Shown one piece after another: positions 27,997 through 37,618 of a stretch of 64,000 bases of DNA. The stretch is from positions 448,001 through 512,000 of the forward strand of contig JAXGPA010000001.1 of the NCBI GenBank assembly GCA_040767195.1, written 5' to 3'. The DNA is from Syntrophales bacterium (GTDB taxonomy: Bacteria; Desulfobacterota; Syntrophia; Syntrophales; UBA6807). A program made the translations under genes and the position numbers. The notes under the pieces are model-generated. The model was not told the DNA's origin, ran no database searches, and was given only the letters and a program-made list of their open reading frames with translations. Every line of letters starts with the position of its first letter. The stretch's first letter is position 1.

Positions 27997-28746
27997 TCAC
28001 AAGAAGAAAGCCAGGCCGCACGCCGCCAGAGCCGCCCCGTACACCACCCATAGCGTGGAAAGCCCGCGTCGGATGACGACATGGGAAAGGGCGACAAACC
28101 CAAACGCCGGCAGGCACATCCAGCCCTGAAGAACCGGTTCTCCGGGAGTGGATGTCACCGGGAACAGAAACCCGCCGTAAAGGGCCGCCGCAACGGCAGC
28201 GGCACTCTTGGCATGGACCGTCCATCGGGGAAGGTTCCGTTTTTTCAGGAAATCGGCGCCTCCCCGCCCATCCCGGTATCCCGCGAAAAATCCGCCGCAC
28301 CGGACCCACCCGTGAAGGGTGTTGTAAAGAAGAAGGCTGAAAATCCCTCCCCATAAAAAGCCGTTCATGATCAGCAGAACGCCCAGGGTCATGGAGAAGG
28401 GTTTCCAGGCCCCCCAGAAGAAAGGATCTCCCAGGGCAGCGTAAGGCCCCATGAGCACTTTCTTCAATCGAACAGCACCGTGATCCCGCCCCTGGGAGAA
28501 AGTTCCTTTTTCCTCCTGGCGGACGACCGAACCCAGGATCGGCCCGACAAGACAGGGATTCGTCTGAAATCTTTCCGTGTGCCTCGTCAGAAATGCTTTG
28601 CGGCAGTCATCGTCGCCGGGCAGAAAGTCGAGAAGCGGAAGAAGGGCGAAAGCGAACCCCACGTTCTGCATCCTTTCCACGTTCCAGCAGGCCTGGATGA
28701 AGAAAGACCGGAAAAGAATCTCGCGGAGCCTTGAACGAGGGATCAT
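27997..28746 (-). CDS. PTS mannose/fructose/sorbose-family IID component
   Basis: QACWNVERMQNVGF and LMGPYAALGDPFFW motifs. Confidence 0.88.
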   Translation of the reverse strand: MIPRSRLREILFRSFFIQACWNVERMQNVGFAFALLPLLDFLPGDDDCRKAFLTRHTERFQTNPCLVGPILGSVVRQEEKGTFSQGRDHGAVRLKKVLMGPYAALGDPFFWGAWKPFSMTLGVLLIMNGFLWGGIFSLLLYNTLHGWVRCGGFFAGYRDGRGGADFLKKRNLPRWTVHAKSAAAVAAALYGGFLFPVTSTPGEPVLQGWMCLPAFGFVALSHVVIRRGLSTLWVVYGAALAACGLAFFL

Positions 28747-28974
28747 GGCCTTCTCACCAATCAAACGACGTCCCCCCACAAAGAGAGAACCCCCGGGAAC
28801 AATTCCGGATTTCCGGCCCGTCCCGCTGTTGTCCTCCCCTAACACGATTGATGAGGGAAGTCAACGTCCTCAAGGACCGCCATGGTGAACCGCCCCGTCG
28901 CCACCGCCAAACGATCCTTTTGAAAATCCTCAACCGGGCGCCCGTTTACGGGATGCCCTTCATATATTTTTTTA

Positions 28975-29003
28975 TTGACAGCGCCTTTTCTCTCTGCTAT
29001 ATA
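28975..29003 (+). promoter_or_regulatory. Strong sigma70 promoter for the PxxKW gene
   Basis: TTGACA-17 nt-TATATA with extended -10 TG and an AT-rich UP-like tract upstream. Confidence 0.75.
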
Positions 29004-29092
29004 GCGGCGCCGCTTAAAAACACACATCCTGTAAGAAAACAGCGGAAAACTCTTTATATTATAAAAACCAATATCAGAAGGGGGTGATTCCC

Positions 29093-29377
29093 ATGATTTG
29101 CGATTCCGTAAAAGCAGGTTCCGAGTGCGCCTTCATGACGAAGAAAGGCTGCAGCTACAATGGCGGCAGCTGCCATGAAATCGTCGAGAAATGCGAAGGT
29201 TGTGGAAAAATCATTGTCTATGCCGAAAAAAAATACTGCTCCGTCTATCCCGACCCGGCCAGCAAGTGGGCCATGGGCGGCTGCAGGACGGCGACCCACA
29301 TCAAGAAAGCCTCAGTGGATCAGGCCCAGAAGGTGAATCCGCTGAAGGCGTCGAAACGCGCGGCCCACGGGCGTTAA
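29093..29377 (+). CDS. PxxKW-family cysteine-rich protein
   Basis: Eight Cys, YPDPASKW motif and basic tail KVNPLKASKR; SD AGAAGGGGGTG. Confidence 0.85.
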   Translation: MICDSVKAGSECAFMTKKGCSYNGGSCHEIVEKCEGCGKIIVYAEKKYCSVYPDPASKWAMGGCRTATHIKKASVDQAQKVNPLKASKRAAHGR

Positions 29378-29423
29378 GCCTTCATTCATCCCATACGGAA
29401 AAACACCTGAAATAGGATTACAA

Positions 29424-29466
29424 AAACGGCCGGCTTCAGGGGTAAACCCTGTAAAGCCGGCCGTTT
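29424..29466. terminator. Hairpin between convergent genes (likely bidirectional terminator)
   Basis: AAACGGCCGGCTT...AAGCCGGCCGTTT inverted repeat. Confidence 0.7.
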
Positions 29467-29486
29467 CACGGATACCTGTAATCGGT

Positions 29487-29855
29487 TTATGACAGGATGG
29501 CCCTTATTTCCAGGAGGGCTTTCTTGATCGCCGCCAGCCTGCGGCTGTCTTCCCGGTTCGGCGACGGAGCGGTCTCCCCCTGTTGCGGTCCGGACCGGGC
29601 GAGCCTTTTACGGGCGCCGGCGACGGTGTAAAGCTCGTCGTAGAGAAGATGCCGGATATGAAGAAGCTCCATCACGTCTTTTCTGCGATAGAGCCGCTGG
29701 TCCGACTTCGTCCTGTGAGGCCTGACCGATTTGAATTCCGACTCCCAGTAACGGATGACGTAGGGCTCCACCCCGACGATCCGGCTCACTTCCCCGATTC
29801 GGAAGTAGGCCTTGTCGGGAATTTGAGCCTCTCGCTCCAGGGGAGGCCGGGTCAT
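29487..29855 (-). CDS. MerR-family HTH regulator (pheT/ihfA-associated type)
   Basis: IPDKAYFRIGEVSRIVGVEPYVIRYWESEF...QRLY; overlaps the pheT stop. Confidence 0.9.
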   Translation of the reverse strand: MTRPPLEREAQIPDKAYFRIGEVSRIVGVEPYVIRYWESEFKSVRPHRTKSDQRLYRRKDVMELLHIRHLLYDELYTVAGARKRLARSGPQQGETAPSPNREDSRRLAAIKKALLEIRAILS

Positions 29856-32266
29856 GTCCCTCGCACGCTTCCCTTCGTTTCGGCCACAAGGCGGTCTACA
29901 ATGTTCTGATGAACGCGGCTAACGGTCTCGTCGGTAAGCGTCCCTTCCGCTGACCGGTACGTGATCCGTATGCCCATGCTCATCAGGCCGGGGGTAATCC
30001 CTTTCCCTTCATATACATCGAATATTTCCGCCGACTCAAGATATTTTTCCCCAGAATCCCGGACAATGCGGAGAACCGCGGCGCTTTCCGTGTCCCGGTC
30101 CACGAGAAGGGCCACATCCCGGCTCACCGCCGGAAAACGGGGAATTTCGTGGAATCGATCCTTCTTCGCCCGGTGACGGGCGAGGCCCGCCAGATCCAGC
30201 TCGAAGGCGATGACCCGCTGATGCAGGTCCATTTTTTCAAGGACATCCGGGTGGATCTCTCCCAGAAAACCGATTTCATCTCCGCCGATAACAATCCGGC
30301 AGGATCTCCCCGAATGGACGAAGGAAGGGGTTTTATCGGCGACATAGTGGGCCTCTTCCGTCCCGATTTTCTGAAAAACCCGTTCGAGAACCCCCTTGAG
30401 ATCGTAGAAATCGGCCTCCCGGCCCTCGTCGTTCCACTTTTCTCGGTAACGAAGACCGGTAATGATACCGGCGACGCGCTCCTCCTCTTCAGGAAGGATC
30501 CCCTCGCCACGGTCATAGAAGACATTTCCCGTTTCAAAAAGCTTCAGGTCGGGGTTCCCCGCGTTGATGTTCTTTTTCACCGCCAGGAGAAGGCCGTAGA
30601 GGAGATTTGTCCGGAGAACGGAAAAATCTTCGGCCAGGGGATTCCGGATCCGGACGAACCGCCGCCACCGGTCGCCCTCCTCGAGATTCAGGATGTCCGC
30701 CGCCTGGGGGGAAATGAAACTGTAACTGATGGCTTCCGAATAGCCCGACCCGTTCAGGACGTTTCGAAGAGACGCCACGATACTTCTCTTCTCGTCTCCC
30801 GCGCCGCTTCGGACCGAAAGGGGCGGCATGGTCACGGGAACGGCTTCATACCCGGAAATCCGGGCCACTTCCTCCACCAGGTCAATCTCCCGGACCAGGT
30901 CCACCCGGGCCGTCGGCGGGGTGACTTGATACACGGCCCGGCCCCCGCTCGTCACTGTCATTCCCAGGCTTTTCAATACTTTCCTGACATGCCGGGCTGT
31001 GAATTCCGTGCCCAGGACCTGGTTCACCCGCCGGACCCTGAGGGGAATGTCCTGCGACGACACCACCTTTTTCGGGTAAGCGTCGATGAGGCCCCGGCAG
31101 ACCCGGCCGCCGGATAGCTGCGCCAAAAGACGGGCCGAGCGGTTGAGGGCGAAGAGAACCCCTTCCGGGTCGATTCCCCGCTCGAACCGGTAGGCCGCTT
31201 CCGTGGACAGGCCGAGGCGCTTCGAAGACCGCCGGATGCTCGACGGCGTGAAATAGGCGCTTTCAAGGAGGATCGTGTCCGTGTCTTCCTTCACTTCCGA
31301 ATTGAGACCGCCCATGATCCCGGCGATGGCCACCGGTTTCACGCCGTCGCAGATCATGAGCGTCTTGGCGTCAAGCGTTCTGACCTTCTCGTCCAGGGAG
31401 GTGAATTCTTCGCCGTCCCGGGACCCCCGGACCACGATCCGGCCTTCCTCGAGAAACCGAAAATCGAAGGCGTGAAGCGGCTGGCCGCACTCGAGCATGA
31501 CGAAATTGGTCACATCCACGGCGTTGTTTATGGCCCGCATGCCCGACGCTTCGAGACGGAGGCGCATCCAGCCGGGCGACGGCGCGATGGTGATGCCCTT
31601 GACCATCCGTGCCGTGTACCGGGGGCAGAGGTCGGGGTCCAGAATGTCCACCGATGTGAGGTCGTGGATGGTCTCTCCCGACTCGTCGATGGATGTCTCG
31701 GGGTATCGGACCCTGGCTCCGGTGAGGGCGGCGACTTCCCGGGCGATTCCCAGGATGGAAAGGCAATCGGGCCGGTTCGGCGTAATGCTCACTTCCAGGA
31801 CCGTGTCTTCCAGGTTCAGGGCCGCGGCGAGATCCTGCCCCGGATGGAGGGTTTCAGGAAGGACCAGGATGCCCGCGGCATCCTCGCCGATACCCAGTTC
31901 CTCCTCGGAACAGAGCATCCCCTCGGAAACTTCACCCCGGATTCGGGAACTTTTTATCGTGTATCCTCCCGGTATGGTGGCACCCACCTTGGCCAGGGGC
32001 ACGAGGATTCCTTCCCGCACGTTGGGGGCGCCGCAGACGATGGGAACGGTCCCGCTCCCCGTGATGACCTCGCAGAGAGAGAGTTTCCCCCCTTGCGGGT
32101 GGGGTCTCACGGCACGTATTTTCGCCACGACGACACCGGTAAAACCGGGACTCACCCGGCTGATGGACTCCACTTCCAGCCCCGCCATGGTGAGCCTGTG
32201 AGCCAGCATTTCCGGGGTCAGGTCGATGTCGATGTAATCCCTGAGCCAGTTCAGACTAACTTTCAT
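29852..32266 (-). CDS. pheT: Phenylalanine--tRNA ligase beta subunit
   Basis: MKVSLNWL, IVCGAPNV, ITPNRPDCLS, GQPLHAFD, RFERGID and RFPAVSRD. Confidence 0.97.
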   Translation of the reverse strand: MKVSLNWLRDYIDIDLTPEMLAHRLTMAGLEVESISRVSPGFTGVVVAKIRAVRPHPQGGKLSLCEVITGSGTVPIVCGAPNVREGILVPLAKVGATIPGGYTIKSSRIRGEVSEGMLCSEEELGIGEDAAGILVLPETLHPGQDLAAALNLEDTVLEVSITPNRPDCLSILGIAREVAALTGARVRYPETSIDESGETIHDLTSVDILDPDLCPRYTARMVKGITIAPSPGWMRLRLEASGMRAINNAVDVTNFVMLECGQPLHAFDFRFLEEGRIVVRGSRDGEEFTSLDEKVRTLDAKTLMICDGVKPVAIAGIMGGLNSEVKEDTDTILLESAYFTPSSIRRSSKRLGLSTEAAYRFERGIDPEGVLFALNRSARLLAQLSGGRVCRGLIDAYPKKVVSSQDIPLRVRRVNQVLGTEFTARHVRKVLKSLGMTVTSGGRAVYQVTPPTARVDLVREIDLVEEVARISGYEAVPVTMPPLSVRSGAGDEKRSIVASLRNVLNGSGYSEAISYSFISPQAADILNLEEGDRWRRFVRIRNPLAEDFSVLRTNLLYGLLLAVKKNINAGNPDLKLFETGNVFYDRGEGILPEEEERVAGIITGLRYREKWNDEGREADFYDLKGVLERVFQKIGTEEAHYVADKTPSFVHSGRSCRIVIGGDEIGFLGEIHPDVLEKMDLHQRVIAFELDLAGLARHRAKKDRFHEIPRFPAVSRDVALLVDRDTESAAVLRIVRDSGEKYLESAEIFDVYEGKGITPGLMSMGIRITYRSAEGTLTDETVSRVHQNIVDRLVAETKGSVRGT

Positions 32267-32461
32267 GAGCTTATCTTCGGACTTTTTCTGGTGATGTTAA
32301 AAACCCGGCGATCCCGTATATAATCGGAAACCGCTCCTTTAACGACGACAGCGCCGAAGACCGCGGCCCCTGGCGCCCGAATCCCGAGGCGGACTCAAAC
32401 TTTTGCCTTCCGACGGATCGCGATGAATACGACGCCGCGCAGGGGCTTTTACGGGGAACCG

Positions 32462-33478
32462 TCAAAACTGCTCGAGAAAACGGGCGTCGTTCTCGAAGAA
32501 GAGGCGGATATCGGTAATCCCGTACCGGAGCATGGCGATCCGCTCGACGCCAAGCCCGAAGGCGAATCCCGTGAATGCCTCGGAATCGTAATCCACGGCC
32601 CGGAACACCTCCGGGTCCACCATGCCTGAACCGAGTATCTCCAGCCAGCCGCTCTGACCGCACACCCGGCAGCCCTTCCCCGTACACATGACACACTGGA
32701 TATCCACTTCGGCACTCGGCTCCGTGAAAGGGAAAAAGCTCGGGCGGAACCGCAGGGTCGTCTCTCTTCCGAAAAGCCGTCGGAGAAAATAGGTCAGCGT
32801 CCCTTTGAGGTCGCCGAAGGTGATCCCGCGATCCACCAGGAGCCCTTCCACCTGGTGAAACATGGGGGCATGGGACACATCCAGGTCCGGGCGGTAGACC
32901 TTTCCCGGAGAGATGACCCGGACAGGGGGGCGGCGTTTCTCCATGGTCCGGATCTGAACGGGAGAGGTGTGGGTCCGAAGGACGATGTCGTTTTCCACGT
33001 AGAAGGTATCCTGCATGTCCCGGGCGGGATGGTCCTTCGGCATGTTGAGTGCCTCGAAATTGTAGTAGTCCGTTTCCACGTCCGGACCCTCGGCGATGTC
33101 GAAACCGAGGGACAGAAAAATCGCGCAGATCTCTTCCAGGGTCTGCGTGATGGGATGAATCCGGCCGCAGGGAACACCCCGCCCCGGGAGGGTCACATCC
33201 AGCTTTTCCCCCTTCAGGGCCTCCGCCTTGGCTTTTTCCCGGCGGGATTCCAGGAGAGACTCTATCCTCTCTGCCAGTTCCGCCTTGATGGTGTTGGACA
33301 GGCTGCCCAGGGCGGGCCGGTCTTCCGGGGGGACGTCTTTCAGGTTCCGGAGCACCTCCGTGAGGCGTCCTTTCCTGCCCAGGTAAAGGGTCCGAAGGGC
33401 GGCGATCTCTTCCGTCGAGGACGCCGATTCCAAGGCCTCCAGGGCACTTGCCCGCAGCGCTTCGAGCTTGTCCCGCAT
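32462..33478 (-). CDS. pheS: Phenylalanine--tRNA ligase alpha subunit
   Basis: [29 protein letters not shown] and [10 protein letters not shown]. Confidence 0.97.
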   Translation of the reverse strand: MRDKLEALRASALEALESASSTEEIAALRTLYLGRKGRLTEVLRNLKDVPPEDRPALGSLSNTIKAELAERIESLLESRREKAKAEALKGEKLDVTLPGRGVPCGRIHPITQTLEEICAIFLSLGFDIAEGPDVETDYYNFEALNMPKDHPARDMQDTFYVENDIVLRTHTSPVQIRTMEKRRPPVRVISPGKVYRPDLDVSHAPMFHQVEGLLVDRGITFGDLKGTLTYFLRRLFGRETTLRFRPSFFPFTEPSAEVDIQCVMCTGKGCRVCGQSGWLEILGSGMVDPEVFRAVDYDSEAFTGFAFGLGVERIAMLRYGITDIRLFFENDARFLEQF

Positions 33479-33491
33479 AGCCCGCCGGCCC

Positions 33492-33839
33492 TTAATGTTT
33501 CACCATGGAAACGATCTCGGAAAAACGCGCCGGTTCGTGCACCGCCAGGTCCGCGAGGATTTTCCGGTCCAGGGTGATGCCGGCCTTTTTGATCCCGTCC
33601 ATGAACCGGCTGTAAGTCATCCCTTCCGCGCGGGTGGCGGCGTTGATCCGGGCGATCCAGAGCTGTCGGAAATTCCGCTTCCGTGTCTTCCTGTCCCGAT
33701 AGGCGTATTTCAGGGCCTTTTCCACCGACTCGGTGGCCAGGGTGTAGATGCGCTTTCTCGCGCCGAAGAAGCCCTTCGCCAGCTTCATGATTTTTCTTCT
33801 TTTCTTCTTCGCGTTGATGCTCCGCTTAACCCTCGGCAT
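33492..33839 (-). CDS. rplT: 50S ribosomal protein L20
   Basis: MPRVKR...YAYRDRK...[12 protein letters not shown]. Confidence 0.97.
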   Translation of the reverse strand: MPRVKRSINAKKKRRKIMKLAKGFFGARKRIYTLATESVEKALKYAYRDRKTRKRNFRQLWIARINAATRAEGMTYSRFMDGIKKAGITLDRKILADLAVHEPARFSEIVSMVKH

Positions 33840-33915
33840 GATTCAATAACTCCTCGAGATGGTCTCTTTTTTCACACATCCCGGTCCGGCCATGAATAAT
33901 GACGGACCGGTCTGT

Positions 33916-34116
33916 TCAGCGCGCGTACGGAATCAGGAGCTTGATCCCCTTTTCGTCCCTCTTGTTGAGAACCGTGTTCTTCCGCAGCGTCCGTTTTCTC
34001 TTTGTCGTCTTTTTTGTCAGGATGTGGCTGGCATAAGCCCGGCTCCGCTTGACCTTTCCGCGACCGGTCACGCTGAAGCGCTTCGCCGCTCCGCGATGTG
34101 TTTTCAGTTTGGGCAT
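33916..34116 (-). CDS. rpmI: 50S ribosomal protein L35
   Basis: [14 protein letters not shown]...HILTKK; ATG at 34116. Confidence 0.96.
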   Translation of the reverse strand: MPKLKTHRGAAKRFSVTGRGKVKRSRAYASHILTKKTTKRKRTLRKNTVLNKRDEKGIKLLIPYAR

Positions 34117-34176
34117 GAATTCACCTCGTTCATGTATTGGCATCCCCGCGGGACTTTCCCGGTTCCTGCAGGCTTT

Positions 34177-34689
34177 TCAGACTTTTTTGGGGGCGATCAC
34201 CATGGTCATGTGCCGCCCTTCGAGCTTGGGCTCCTGCTCGACCTGCCCGAGTTCTTCGACCTGCGCCCTGACCTGTTCCATGAGCTTCCGGCCCAGGTCG
34301 GCATAGACGATTTCCCTCCCCCGGAAAAGCATGTTTACTTTCACCTTGTTGTTCTGCTCGAGAAAGCGCCGGACGTGTTTCATCTTCGTTTCAAAGTCGT
34401 GGGATTCCGTTTTGGGCCTGAGACGGATTTCCTTGATCTGGATGATCACCTGGCTCTTTTTCGCGCTGTGAACCTTTTTGCTCTGCTGGTAGCGGTACTT
34501 GCCGTAATCCATGATCCGGCAGACCGGCGGGGTCGAATCGGGGGCCACCTCCACCAGGTCCAGGCTCGCTTTTTCCGCTTCCGACAGGGCCGCTCCCAGG
34601 GAGAGAATTCCGAACTGGGTCCCGTCGGGACCGATCACCCGGACGCTCTGGGCCCTGATCTCATCGTTCACACGATAATCCTTAGCTAT
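34177..34689 (-). CDS. infC: Translation initiation factor IF-3 (predicted AUA start)
   Basis: LDLVEVAP..PPVCRIMDYGKY and IKEIRLRP. SD AAGGAGGTG lies just upstream of an in-frame ATA at 34689, giving (M)AKDYRVNDEIR. Confidence 0.93.
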   Translation of the reverse strand: MAKDYRVNDEIRAQSVRVIGPDGTQFGILSLGAALSEAEKASLDLVEVAPDSTPPVCRIMDYGKYRYQQSKKVHSAKKSQVIIQIKEIRLRPKTESHDFETKMKHVRRFLEQNNKVKVNMLFRGREIVYADLGRKLMEQVRAQVEELGQVEQEPKLEGRHMTMVIAPKKV

Positions 34690-34749
34690 GTTCCACCTCC
34701 TTCATGTCGCCGGTCCTGTGCTTTTCCCGGACGGGCGATGTATCGCAAC

Positions 34750-36666
34750 TCACTCGAAGCGGTCTGTCTTTTCCAGAACCAGGCGGATGAAATCGGGAAC
34801 AGCCAGGGCCCCGAGATTCTCGCCGTCCCGCTGGCGGGGGGAAACGGTCCGAGATTCCACCTCCCGGTCCCCGATGACGAGCATGAAGGGCACTTTCTGC
34901 ATCTGTCCCTCCCGGATCTTGTATCCCAGTTTCTCGTTCCTGAAATCGCCTTCCGCCCGGACACCGGCCTCGCGAAGGGACCGGAGGACCTCCTCCCCGT
35001 AGGGGATGTGACGGTCCGTCACGGTCATGACCGTGGCCTGCACCGGGGAAAGCCAGAGCGGGAACGCCCCCCCGTAATGTTCGATGAGCACCCCCATGAA
35101 CCGCTCGATGGCCCCGAGGATGACCCGGTGGAGCATGACGGGACGATGCCTTTCCCCGTCGGCGCCCACATAGGTCAGGTCGAACCGCTCGGGCAGGGTG
35201 AAATCGCACTGGATCGTGGCGCACTGCCACTTGCGCTTCAGGGCGTCCTTCAGTTTGAAGTCGATCTTCGGGCCGTAGAAGGCGCCGTCCCCAGCGTTCA
35301 CCTCGTAGGCCATGCCGCGGTCTTTCAGGGAGTCTTCCAGGGCCGTGGTGGCCATTTCCCAGTCTTCATCGGTTCCGATGGACTTGGCCGGCCGGGTGCT
35401 CAGTTCCACCTCGTACTCGAAGCGGAAGATCCTCATGGCATCGTCGACGAACCCGGTGATGGCCTGGATCTCTGCGTTCAGCTGTTCCGGGGTGCAAAGG
35501 ATGTGGGCGTCGTCCTGGGTGAACTGGCGGGCCCGGAGGAGGCCGTGGAGGACCCCCGTCTTCTCGTGCCGGTGCACCGTGCCCAGCTCGAAATACCGGA
35601 GCGGGAGATCCCGGTAGCTTCGGATCTTGGACTTGTAAATGAGCATGTGGGCGATGCAGTTCATGGGCTTGATCCCGTAGAGCTCCTCGTCCACCTCGGT
35701 GAAGTACATGTTTTCCCGGTAGTGATCGAAGTGGCCCGACCGCTTCCAGAGATCGCCCTTCAGGATCTGGGGCCCCTGGACGATGTCGTATCCCCGCTTC
35801 AGGTGTTCCTTTCTTTCCCAGTCCTCGATAATGGTCCTGAGAAGAGCGCCTTTGGGATGAAAGATGATGAGCCCGGGACCGACTTCGTCGTTCACCTGGA
35901 AAAGGTCCAGTTCCCGCCCCAGGCGCCGGTGGTCCCGTTTCTTCGCCTCCTCGACAGCGGTGAGGTAGTCGTCCAGCTCGGCCTTCGTGGCGAACCCCGT
36001 CCCGTAAATCCGCTGGAGCATGGCGTTCTTCTCATCGCCCCGCCAGTAGGCGCCGGCGACGTTGAGAAGCTTGAAGGCCCTGATCCGCCCGGTGGAGGGG
36101 ATGTGAGGCCCCCGGCACAGGTCGACATAACCGCCCTGCTCGTAGAGGCTCACGGTGTCCACCTCTTCCGGCAGGTCCTCCAGAAGCTCGACCTTGTATA
36201 TTTCACCCCGGTCCCGGAAAAAACGGATCGCCTCGGCCCGGGGCAGTTCCCGCCGCTCGAAGGAATCGTCCCGGGAGACGATCTCCGCCATCCGTTCCTC
36301 GATCCGGGCCAAGTCCTCGGTGGTAAAGGTGTCCTTGAAATCGAAATCGTAGTAAAACCCTTCCTCGATGGAAGGGCCGATGGCCACCTTTACGCCCGGA
36401 AAGAGGTCCTGGACCGCCTGGGCCATGACGTGGGAGATGCTGTGACGGAGGACTTCCAGCCCGTCCCGGGAAGCCGCGGCGACGGGTTCGATTTTCCCGT
36501 CCTCGGTAACGCCGTGACTCATATCCACCAATTTCCCGTTGAACCGGGCTGCCACGGCCTCATCGAGACCTTTTGCCCCCGAGGATTCCAGGATGGTCTT
36601 CACGGAAGCACCGGCGGGGAATTCCGCCCTTTTCCCATCGGGCAACTGGATCTTTACGTTTTTCAT
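34750..36666 (-). CDS. thrS: Threonine--tRNA ligase
   Basis: TGS domain, [39 protein letters not shown] and GAFYGPKID. Confidence 0.97.
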   Translation of the reverse strand: MKNVKIQLPDGKRAEFPAGASVKTILESSGAKGLDEAVAARFNGKLVDMSHGVTEDGKIEPVAAASRDGLEVLRHSISHVMAQAVQDLFPGVKVAIGPSIEEGFYYDFDFKDTFTTEDLARIEERMAEIVSRDDSFERRELPRAEAIRFFRDRGEIYKVELLEDLPEEVDTVSLYEQGGYVDLCRGPHIPSTGRIRAFKLLNVAGAYWRGDEKNAMLQRIYGTGFATKAELDDYLTAVEEAKKRDHRRLGRELDLFQVNDEVGPGLIIFHPKGALLRTIIEDWERKEHLKRGYDIVQGPQILKGDLWKRSGHFDHYRENMYFTEVDEELYGIKPMNCIAHMLIYKSKIRSYRDLPLRYFELGTVHRHEKTGVLHGLLRARQFTQDDAHILCTPEQLNAEIQAITGFVDDAMRIFRFEYEVELSTRPAKSIGTDEDWEMATTALEDSLKDRGMAYEVNAGDGAFYGPKIDFKLKDALKRKWQCATIQCDFTLPERFDLTYVGADGERHRPVMLHRVILGAIERFMGVLIEHYGGAFPLWLSPVQATVMTVTDRHIPYGEEVLRSLREAGVRAEGDFRNEKLGYKIREGQMQKVPFMLVIGDREVESRTVSPRQRDGENLGALAVPDFIRLVLEKTDRFE

Positions 36667-36835
36667 TCCTCTGACCCTTTTTTCATGACCATAGAGAACC
36701 CGCTTTCCTCACTTACATTCGTTCCGGTTCGGGGAGGAGCGGAGAAAGAGGGCTTGCAAAGATCGACAGGCAAGCCGCGAACGCCTCTATGGTTTCGGTT
36801 ACTTTTCCTGTGAATTCCAATCCGAATCCATGATT

Positions 36836-36871
36836 AAAGAAAGGGCATCCTCGAATGATCTCGTGATGCCC
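36836..36871 (-). terminator. Hairpin plus U-tract downstream of tRNA-Val
   Basis: Minus strand reads GGGCAUC...GAUGCCC-UUUCUUU. Confidence 0.6.
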
Positions 36872-36883
36872 CTCATCGATTAA

Positions 36884-36958
36884 TGGTAGGCACGCAGGGA
36901 TTTGAACCCTGGACATCCACCGCGTCAGGATGGCGCTCTCCCCCTGAGCTACGTGCCT
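36884..36958 (-). tRNA. tRNA-Val(GAC)
   Basis: AGGCACGTAGCTCAGGGGGAGAGCGCCATCCTGACGCGGTGGATGTCCAGGGTTCAAATCCCTGCGTGCCTACCA folds as a cloverleaf with anticodon GAC and encoded CCA. Confidence 0.95.
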
Positions 36959-36986
36959 ACATGGAATCACTTTCAAAAGCAGAGTA

Positions 36987-37015
36987 GAAATATCAGTAAA
37001 TCCTGTTCCTGTCAA
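36987..37015 (-). promoter_or_regulatory. Putative sigma70 promoter for tRNA-Val
   Basis: TTGACA-17 nt-TATTTC with a TG extension. Confidence 0.55.
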
Positions 37016-37075
37016 GCCTTAATCCTTCACAAATTTCTCTTTTCGACCACGAAAACCGGGCGGGCAGCGGGCCTC

Positions 37076-37612
37076 TCATGGCGGGCTGTACATGCGAAAC
37101 CCCTTCCAGATGTAGGAAAAACCCGAAAGAACGGTAAACAAGGCGGTAAGTCCGAAAAGTCCCTTCATGATCCAGGGGGGCAGGCTTCCGGCGAGGTTTA
37201 TCGCCGTGAGAACGTAAAAGACGGTGAACAGCTGGAGTGCCGTGGTCACTTTGCTCACCGCCACGGGCCGGATCTGGAAGGAAACGGAGAGGAGCGTCAG
37301 GAGCAGAATGCCGAAAAGGATGACCAGGTCCCGGGTAATGACGATAACGGTGAGCCACCCCGGAAGGAAACCCAGGATGGAAAGGGTGATGAAGGAACTG
37401 GCGATGAGGGCCTTGTCCGCCAGGGGATCGAGATAGGCTCCCAGGAGCGTTTTCTGATGCAGGACCCGGGCCAGGAAGCCGTCCAGGCCGTCGGTCACGC
37501 CGGCGAGAACGAACACGGCGAGGGCCATGGGGTAGGCACCGTCCATGAGCAGGATGACAACCAGGGGAACGAGAAGAATCCGGAGGATCGTGAGGAGGTT
37601 GGGGAGGTTCAT
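37076..37612 (-). CDS. CDP-alcohol phosphatidyltransferase (PgsA/cardiolipin synthase-like)
   Basis: MNLPNLLTILR and the family signature DGLDGFLAR...GAYLDPLADK. Confidence 0.9.
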   Translation of the reverse strand: MNLPNLLTILRILLVPLVVILLMDGAYPMALAVFVLAGVTDGLDGFLARVLHQKTLLGAYLDPLADKALIASSFITLSILGFLPGWLTVIVITRDLVILFGILLLTLLSVSFQIRPVAVSKVTTALQLFTVFYVLTAINLAGSLPPWIMKGLFGLTALFTVLSGFSYIWKGFRMYSPP

Positions 37613-37618
37613 CGCCGT

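Noticed and set aside
36920..36930. G37 in tRNA-Val(GAC) as an anomaly
   Set aside because: The cloverleaf is otherwise normal, and to my knowledge G37 occurs in other Val(GAC) tRNAs.
36830..37075. Integrative element at tRNA-Val
   Set aside because: No integrase nearby and no duplicated tRNA 3' end seen in the window.
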